Assembly: GCA_016840035.1 (NCBI GenBank)
Contig: JAEOTC010000006.1
Coordinates: 1-14,020 of the forward strand
Direction of reading: 5' to 3'
Source of the DNA: Candidatus Hodarchaeota archaeon
GTDB taxonomy: Archaea > Asgardarchaeota > Heimdallarchaeia > Hodarchaeales > Hodarchaeaceae
DNA length: 14,020 nt
Positions 8,037-14,020 of the stretch are shown one piece after another. How positions within the stretch are numbered: position 1 is the first letter of the stretch; every line of letters begins with the position of its first letter. Under the pieces are notes generated by a model that was given only the letters and a program-made list of their open reading frames with translations, ran no database searches and was not told the origin of the DNA. The position numbers and the translations under genes are program-made.

Positions 8037-10196
8037 ATGCTGGATAAGAAACCTCTTCTGATATTGTTCTCCATAGGCCTATTAATCTCTGTTGTTGGGA
8101 GTAATATTCAGGTACAAGCCTCGGAAAAACCAGAGTACTTCTTTTTTGTGCATATGATTGCTCCTACATCCAATCCTGTGCGGATGCAATATGCTCAACT
8201 CATGGAAGGAGAGCTACCAAAAATAGGAATTGGTGCAGAGTTAGATTTGATTAGCTGGTACGCCTTAGGACCTCGTTGTACAGACCAAGAAGTGGGAATG
8301 TACAATGAAGGGGGATATGATATTTGTATTTTTGGAATGATGCCAATTAGCTACTTCCCATGTAACCATGATAGCCTGTACTGCGTTTATGGCAAGAATG
8401 CCATCCCTCCTACAGGATTTAATGTGATGTATTGGTCGTCTGAGACAGGTAAGAATTATAATAATTATCGTGCTCAAGAATCAGAGGATTTAATCAAACG
8501 AATGAACACTAATTTAAACTTAACAGAAGTTAAATCAGATTATCGGGAATGGCAAAAGCTCTGGTATGATGTAATGCCCAATATTCTGATTTATAGTCAG
8601 TATGAAGTACACGCCGTCTCTACAGGTCTTTATGGTTATGATCCAGTTAAATATCCTTTGAACTCTATTGAAGACATGTGGCAAACCTCTGATTTCACAG
8701 GAACTGCGAATCAAGTGGTGTTGGCATCAAGTACTGGCAGTGATACTTTTAACCCACTAATTGCTACTAATGTGCATGACCACTATAGCAATAACCCTGC
8801 GTTTGATGGATTATATGGAAATACTCCCTCTAAAGAAGCTGTTCTTCCATCGGAAACAGATCGTGGTACATGGATGAAAACAAAATACAATACCACTGAT
8901 TACATGGCTCTTTACCCTAGGATTGCAGCTAAAATGGGTACCTATTCCTCAGATGGTCTGAGTTATGCAATAGATGTGAAAGAAGGTGTCTATTGGCACG
9001 ATGGTGAGAAAGTGGATGCATGGGATATCTCGTTTTCCTTCCAAGCACCTCTTATCCCACCTGTAGGAGCCTCTCAGTACTCGTACTTGATAGGATCATT
9101 TGGTATGGATAACAAAACTGCCAAACATGGGAATTATTCCTTTACAGTTACAGATGAGAACAGTGATGGTTTTTATGAGCACATCAACTTCACTCTTGGC
9201 AGAATCTCTCCTTCATTTGAGACAAACTATGTAGGAATGTATCTATTCCCTGAGCACATTCTTGGGGATCCTGTTGATCATGGTTTTAACTCTAATGGTG
9301 ATTTTGTCCCCAATGAAAAGTGGAACGTTAAACCTAAAGATTGGCGACATCATTCCACTACTACTGGTCGAAAAAATGATCCTGGTGGTTATACTGGGCC
9401 TATTGGTTGTGGTTCCATGGTTTTCAAGGAGTACGATTCAACTACGGGTAAAATTACTCTTCAGAAATTCAAAGATATCAAATGGGACAACATTAGCAGC
9501 CAATGGGTATCTGCTCCAGGTTTTAGCCACTGGAACATAGATAAATTAGATAATATGTCCGATATAGCGAAAGTTATTGTCCTAAATCAAGATAATACTC
9601 TTTCTAGTATGAGGACTGGAGAAATTAACATCTTGGATCCGTACTACAATTTAAATAACATTTATGATGAGCTCCGAGTAGAAGATACAATTCAAACCGT
9701 TTTTTTGACTGAAGAAGGGTGGCAATCCATTTTTTTGAATCCTAAATTTGAACAAGACGGTATACATCATTTAGCTAAGAAAGGGGTACGACACGCAATC
9801 TCACACTTAGTACCTCGTGAGGATATTATTACCTACCTCATGAACGGTTTAGCGTACCCAGTTTATTCCCCCGTCCCGCATACCTATTGGGAAGCTATTT
9901 CTGAGGATGAGCTGATAGCTTACAAACGAAGCTTAGAAGCCTCTGACGGTACTACTCCTGAATCAACTGCTACGACAGCTTACGATGAGTATTCAGTGCG
10001 TCTGGCTTCCGATTGGCTTGATACTGAGGGGTATAATACGACTGAGTGGCGAGAATATAGTTATGAGCCTCCAGAGGATAATCCCTTCCCTAAAGTTGTA
10101 GATACAACACCCCTCATTCTTGGTTTACTGTTTATCTCAGTTGTATTAATAGTAATATACATCTCAGGGTACAAATTTCTTATGCGTAAAAAGTAA
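8037..10196 (+). CDS. Second, tandem paralogous family 5 solute-binding protein, circularly permuted, with a C-terminal TM anchor
   Basis: Same motifs and order as 5868-8012, about two-thirds identical by eye, with a 2169-bp offset over the N-terminal half. Signal peptide present. C-terminal TM followed by MRKK, with no PGF motif. Confidence 0.9.
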   Translation: MLDKKPLLILFSIGLLISVVGSNIQVQASEKPEYFFFVHMIAPTSNPVRMQYAQLMEGELPKIGIGAELDLISWYALGPRCTDQEVGMYNEGGYDICIFGMMPISYFPCNHDSLYCVYGKNAIPPTGFNVMYWSSETGKNYNNYRAQESEDLIKRMNTNLNLTEVKSDYREWQKLWYDVMPNILIYSQYEVHAVSTGLYGYDPVKYPLNSIEDMWQTSDFTGTANQVVLASSTGSDTFNPLIATNVHDHYSNNPAFDGLYGNTPSKEAVLPSETDRGTWMKTKYNTTDYMALYPRIAAKMGTYSSDGLSYAIDVKEGVYWHDGEKVDAWDISFSFQAPLIPPVGASQYSYLIGSFGMDNKTAKHGNYSFTVTDENSDGFYEHINFTLGRISPSFETNYVGMYLFPEHILGDPVDHGFNSNGDFVPNEKWNVKPKDWRHHSTTTGRKNDPGGYTGPIGCGSMVFKEYDSTTGKITLQKFKDIKWDNISSQWVSAPGFSHWNIDKLDNMSDIAKVIVLNQDNTLSSMRTGEINILDPYYNLNNIYDELRVEDTIQTVFLTEEGWQSIFLNPKFEQDGIHHLAKKGVRHAISHLVPREDIITYLMNGLAYPVYSPVPHTYWEAISEDELIAYKRSLEASDGTTPESTATTAYDEYSVRLASDWLDTEGYNTTEWREYSYEPPEDNPFPKVVDTTPLILGLLFISVVLIVIYISGYKFLMRKK

Positions 10197-10202
10197 AAGG
10201 AT

Positions 10203-10685
10203 TTAAAAAGTAAGTTCGTCTAATAACTTCTCATAGTCCTCTTGTGATAGTCCCTCTGATTTTTCATAAACTTCCTCCTGCTTTAAGGTTATTGTCTCTG
10301 CTGTTTTTAATAGTACTAGTTGTTCTGAAACTTTAACACTCAGTACTTTTACGCTTGCCTTTAGTTTTCTGAGAGATGCGTTTTTATGGGTGATAGCGAC
10401 TAGTACATACTCTTTCGTTACTCCGAAAAGACAGAGATTGAAGTTTGGAAAATCCATTTGGCTGAATCCTAGTTCTCCTAATTTTAATTCACTCATACCG
10501 AGATATATCGCAGTTGAAATAGAAGCAATGCCCTCAAAATCTGAAAAAGTCTCAGCAGATCCCGATTTCGTTACCTTCGAAAGAACCAGTCCTGTGGCAT
10601 CTGAAAGAATTATTTGTATTATGCCAGGAGTTGATTTCATGAATTTCGTCAAGTGAGCATTGAGGGCATTGTTGATATCCATCAT
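10203..10685 (-). CDS. Roadblock/LC7 (MglB/LAMTOR-like) domain protein with a C-terminal extension
   Basis: 'L..FMKSTPGIIQIILSDATGLVLS...EGIASISTAI...GEL....MDF...NLCLFGV..EYVLVAIT.KNA.L..L' is the roadblock fold pattern. The ATG at 10685 is preferred over the TTG at 10706 because a TATA-like element lies at 10712-10721. Confidence 0.85.
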   Translation of the reverse strand: MMDINNALNAHLTKFMKSTPGIIQIILSDATGLVLSKVTKSGSAETFSDFEGIASISTAIYLGMSELKLGELGFSQMDFPNFNLCLFGVTKEYVLVAITHKNASLRKLKASVKVLSVKVSEQLVLLKTAETITLKQEEVYEKSEGLSQEDYEKLLDELTF

Positions 10686-10711
10686 TCTCAGAATCCTTTG
10701 AATCAATTTAT

Positions 10712-10721
10712 CTTTTAAAAG
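10712..10721 (-). promoter_or_regulatory. Probable TATA box of the Roadblock gene
   Basis: CTTTTAAAAG lies 27-36 bp upstream of the ATG at 10685. Confidence 0.45.
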
Positions 10722-10773
10722 TTATTCACAACATCTAAAATCAATTCTGAATTAATCATTAATGTTTTTCCAG

Positions 10774-11148
10774 TCATTCAAGATTAATTTTCGTTTCAAT
10801 AGAATACCTCTCATGAAGTTGATAAACATCACGAAATATTTTCTCCGCACAAATAGCTCCTTGTTCAACACTAACTTCAGCTTGGTAAGCATAATCAGTT
10901 GGTTCTCCAAGGAGTGCTCCAAAATAATCGTTCAATCTATTGACCTCTTCCTTACTAAGTGATTGCTTTGGAATATCAATCAAAACTACTTTCTCTCCCT
11001 TTGTTGCAGCAAATTGCACGAATTTATTAGTTTCTAGATCTGTAAAGACCACAAAGTTCCCAGATCCACCTTCCTGAAGGATTGTCTTCAAATAAGTTCG
11101 AAAAATGGAGTGTCTTTCTTTTTTCCTCATTGATATCACAAAAACCAA
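10774..11148 (-). CDS. Small hypothetical protein, possibly YbjN/T3SS-chaperone (TY-Chap)-like fold
   Basis: 124-aa ORF with an alternative ATG at 11130. Pattern 'helix - FVVF....NKFVQFA....VLIDIP..SL...E..RL...AYQ....helix-IFRDVY' is reminiscent of YbjN-like peptide-binding chaperones. The fold call is tentative. Confidence 0.65.
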   Translation of the reverse strand: MVFVISMRKKERHSIFRTYLKTILQEGGSGNFVVFTDLETNKFVQFAATKGEKVVLIDIPKQSLSKEEVNRLNDYFGALLGEPTDYAYQAEVSVEQGAICAEKIFRDVYQLHERYSIETKINLE

Positions 11149-11240
11149 TCAAAGGAATAGAATTTTAATTTGTGATAGAGACCACAGTAGTAAGTCTTAT
11201 CTTTTACTTGTTTCGGTTAACCAATTTGGAGTTATAGCCA

Positions 11241-12116
11241 ATGACGTTTTCATCTGAAATAGACCTCGCAACTCAGAAGTATATTTCTAATCCTGAGATC
11301 GACATAACCCTGCAATTAGCCTTGAAGCTTAATCGTCCCATCTTAATAGAGGGTCCAGCTGGTACAGGCAAAACTAGTGTTGCTATTTCCATGGCAGGAG
11401 CGTTAAATTGGAAATTATTTCGTATCCAATGTTATGAGGGGATTACATTTGAAAGCGTTATTGGAGAGTTCGATTATAAACGGCAGCTCCTCCATATTGA
11501 GTTAGAGCGACAAAAAAGTACGTCTTCGTCTCTAATTAATTTTGAGGATATTTTTTCAAGGAAATTTTTTATCGAAAGACCCCTTTTCCATTCTTTTATT
11601 GAAAATGAACCTAATGTACTGTTGATAGACGAGATTGATAAATCAGATGAGGAATTTGAAGCGTTTCTATTGGAAGCATTAGGTGAACGACAAATCACTA
11701 TTCCTGAACTGGGTACATTTAAAGCAAAGAATGACCAACAAATTGTGATTCTAACGAGCAATTCGAGCCGTGATTTAAGTGAGCCACTCCGCCGAAGATG
11801 TCTGTTCTTATACATTGACTTTCCCTCTCCAGAGCGTGAACGAAAAATTCTCGCTGCTCATACTGGTAGAAATTTTGATGATCCTCTCATTCAAAGCATT
11901 GCAGGAATTATACAGCAAATTCGTCAATATGACTTGCGTAAAGTTCCATCAATTGCTGAAACGATCGATTGGGCGAAAGCCTTGGTTCTGTTAGGAAAGG
12001 AACACATCGACGAACCGACTCTGAGAGAAACTATAACAGTTCTTCTGAAATATCAAGAAGATATTAGTCGATTAGAAAAGCAGCTAAGTGAAATCATTCG
12101 GATAGGCACAAAATAA
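11241..12116 (+). CDS. MoxR-family AAA+ ATPase, CoxD-like
   Basis: Walker A GPAGTGKT, 'RIQCYEGI', 'ERPL', Walker B LLIDEIDKSDEEFEAFLLE, 'ITIPELG', sensor-1 LTSN, 'LRRRC' and 'K.PSIAETIDWA'. These are hallmarks of the CoxD subfamily. Confidence 0.93.
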   Translation: MTFSSEIDLATQKYISNPEIDITLQLALKLNRPILIEGPAGTGKTSVAISMAGALNWKLFRIQCYEGITFESVIGEFDYKRQLLHIELERQKSTSSSLINFEDIFSRKFFIERPLFHSFIENEPNVLLIDEIDKSDEEFEAFLLEALGERQITIPELGTFKAKNDQQIVILTSNSSRDLSEPLRRRCLFLYIDFPSPERERKILAAHTGRNFDDPLIQSIAGIIQQIRQYDLRKVPSIAETIDWAKALVLLGKEHIDEPTLRETITVLLKYQEDISRLEKQLSEIIRIGTK

Positions 12117-12129
12117 AGGGATTCTTACA

Positions 12130-13533
12130 ATGGGAGTAATTTTAAACTTTGTAACAATGTTAAGATATTTTGGCTTACCTATTTCTCCTGATGAGACTAT
12201 TACCGCTCAAAAAGCTTACCAGATTTTGGGAACACAACAGAAAGAAATCTTTCATTTCGGTTTGAGAGCTGCAATTGTTAAAAAAAAAGAAGATCTGCAC
12301 ATTTTCGATACTGTGTTTGATTCTTTCTTCACTAGGCAATCAAGCACTAATTCTACCCCTTCCGATCCTGAATCATACGAACGAGCAAAAAATCGCTTTA
12401 TTAGTCGGTTAGAAGGAACTCCCTATCAAGAAATTGGTCAAGAAATATTAGAGGACCAAGTCAATCACGCAATTCAAACTGCAGTCGAAATGGTGGGTGA
12501 TGGAGAAGGATCTTCCGGACAATCAATTGGTAACGAACTTTCTAATCTACAAAGAACGCTTCAGAGAGCCTTTAACTTAGCATTTGGAGTAAAAGTTCCA
12601 ATACGGGATTTGACTCCAAGTCAACGCCAAGTATTGCCAGACCAGACCATTCAACTTGCTGCTAATCTCCAATTTTTTGAACAAGGGATTAAGAAGAGAT
12701 TCCAGGAACAGCTGCAGGATACTTCTCTTGATCAAGAAGAAGAACCTGTTAATCTTTCTTCAATTGATTCTTTTCTATACCAGGATTTGAGTTTTGTATC
12801 AATGTCTGTTGCGAACGTGAAAGAACAACTTATAGAGATTGGGCGTATTCTTGCCTCACGAGAGAAACGTAGACGAAAACGTGCGAAACGTGGGAAGCTC
12901 GATTTTAGACGGACATTCAGAAAGAATTTAGCAAATAATGGAGTACCTCTGGATCTTGTTCAAAAAAAGAAGCAGATCCAGGATCCAGATATCGTGATCT
13001 TGAATGATGTTTCAGGTTCTACTAGGTGGGTTGCTGATTGGTTTTTTGCAATAACCTATGCTGCTCAAGGTGTATTCAAGAAGATACGGATTTTTGAATT
13101 TGATAATACTATGGTAGAAGTTACTGCTGCTCTAAGAAAGAAAACTATCAATCGTGCTCTGGAAGAGCGAAGCAAATGCTGGGAGAAAACTCTTCGTCCA
13201 CGAAGAATTCATTCGGATTACCAGAGTTCGTTGGAAGATTTTTTTCATTTAATTAAATTTCGGCCTTTGAACCGACGAACTACCGTTCTAATTCTTGGAG
13301 ATTGTCGAGACTGTGAAGGAACGTGGCGTACTGCAGGCCCTATCAGTGCTGAACTTCTATATAAAGTAGTTTTGCCTACAAAAAGAGTAATTGTTCTGAA
13401 TCCCGAGGATGAATCTTTGTGGAATACAGGTGATTCCGTAGTTCAATATTTTCAAACCGTGGGAGCAGAAATATTTCATGTTGCAACTTTAAATGATTTA
13501 ATCGATTTTGTTTTCGATTTAAAACGGAATTAA
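12130..13533 (+). CDS. CoxE-like VWA-domain protein (MoxR partner)
   Basis: N-terminal 'F...LR..GLPISP.E', 'GKLDFRRT.R.N....G.P', MIDAS DVSGS, 'SDY..SL', 'TTVLILGDCR' and 'LNPE...WNTGDS'. It starts 13 bp after the ATPase gene. Confidence 0.9.
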   Translation: MGVILNFVTMLRYFGLPISPDETITAQKAYQILGTQQKEIFHFGLRAAIVKKKEDLHIFDTVFDSFFTRQSSTNSTPSDPESYERAKNRFISRLEGTPYQEIGQEILEDQVNHAIQTAVEMVGDGEGSSGQSIGNELSNLQRTLQRAFNLAFGVKVPIRDLTPSQRQVLPDQTIQLAANLQFFEQGIKKRFQEQLQDTSLDQEEEPVNLSSIDSFLYQDLSFVSMSVANVKEQLIEIGRILASREKRRRKRAKRGKLDFRRTFRKNLANNGVPLDLVQKKKQIQDPDIVILNDVSGSTRWVADWFFAITYAAQGVFKKIRIFEFDNTMVEVTAALRKKTINRALEERSKCWEKTLRPRRIHSDYQSSLEDFFHLIKFRPLNRRTTVLILGDCRDCEGTWRTAGPISAELLYKVVLPTKRVIVLNPEDESLWNTGDSVVQYFQTVGAEIFHVATLNDLIDFVFDLKRN

Positions 13534-13574
13534 TCCCCATCAACACTGATTAATAAGTAAGGAACTCATATACC

Positions 13575-13985
13575 TTATATTTTTGATTTAATAAGTTCTA
13601 AAAGAGTTGTATCATAGTTTCCCATGAGTAACAGTGCTTGTAATCCTCCTAGGGTTATATGACCTAAGATATCAATCAAAGGTAGGAATGGTGCAATTAA
13701 TAAAACCCATAGTATCGCTAATGTTAGACCAACCTTTACATAAATCTCTTTACTGAGGATAAGCATACCTACAATAAATTCAAATACAACTACTAGTAGA
13801 ATAATCAATTTTTCATTTGGAATGACAATTTGAATAAGGAATTCCTTATAAAAAGAGAAATGAGCATTTTCAAGGCAAACAATCCATATATAATGGGCGT
13901 TATTTATTGTATGAAATAGATTGAAAAAACATGCAACTAAATAGAATATCCCCAATCCAATCCTACCTACATTATATTTATTCAT
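13575..13985 (-). CDS. Small membrane protein, DoxX-like
   Basis: About 4 TM helices with 'RIGLGIFY', 'FEFIVGMLIL' and 'VKVGL'. The ATG at 13985 is preferred because AAGGTGGA (SD-like) lies just upstream. The ORF track starts at the TTG at 14009. Confidence 0.7.
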   Translation of the reverse strand: MNKYNVGRIGLGIFYLVACFFNLFHTINNAHYIWIVCLENAHFSFYKEFLIQIVIPNEKLIILLVVVFEFIVGMLILSKEIYVKVGLTLAILWVLLIAPFLPLIDILGHITLGGLQALLLMGNYDTTLLELIKSKI

Positions 13986-14020
13986 TATTCCACCTTCAAA
14001 ACAATACAATCATGAGAATC

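Noticed and set aside
1126-11994. Other short overlapping ORFs (1126, 4920, 4939, 6031, 7697, 8265, 9262, 10390, 10762, 11474, 11779)
   Set aside because: All lie essentially within longer, better-supported genes in other frames or strands, and show no motifs.
1-14020. CRISPR array, tRNA/rRNA, transposase or integrase
   Set aside because: No regularly spaced short repeats, cloverleaf or rRNA-like tracts, or recombinase motifs were seen. The intergenic regions are short and AT-rich.

Overview
AT-rich archaeal chromosomal window, most likely from an Asgard archaeon (Heimdallarchaeia/Hodarchaeales-like). This is inferred from a Roadblock/LC7 protein, PGF-type C-terminal sorting tails and TATA-box promoters. 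It holds about 12 genes: a partial VOC/glyoxalase gene missed by the ORF track, a URO-D/MtaA-fold enzyme, a C-terminally anchored surface protein built from a recent 624-bp internal duplication of PPC-like domains, an orphan Mre11/SbcD-family nuclease, an unknown membrane protein, two tandem family-5 (OppA/DppA-like) solute-binding proteins (SBPs), a Roadblock protein, a small hypothetical protein, a CoxD/CoxE-type MoxR AAA+/VWA pair and a DoxX-like membrane protein. The most striking signal is that both SBPs are circularly permuted relative to canonical OppA/DppA, are anchored by their C-termini and have no ABC permease or ATPase next to them. The neighbouring Roadblock protein ends in an acidic amphipathic helix resembling the MglB and CheZ C-terminal regulatory peptides. 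I found no RNA genes, CRISPR array or transposase.
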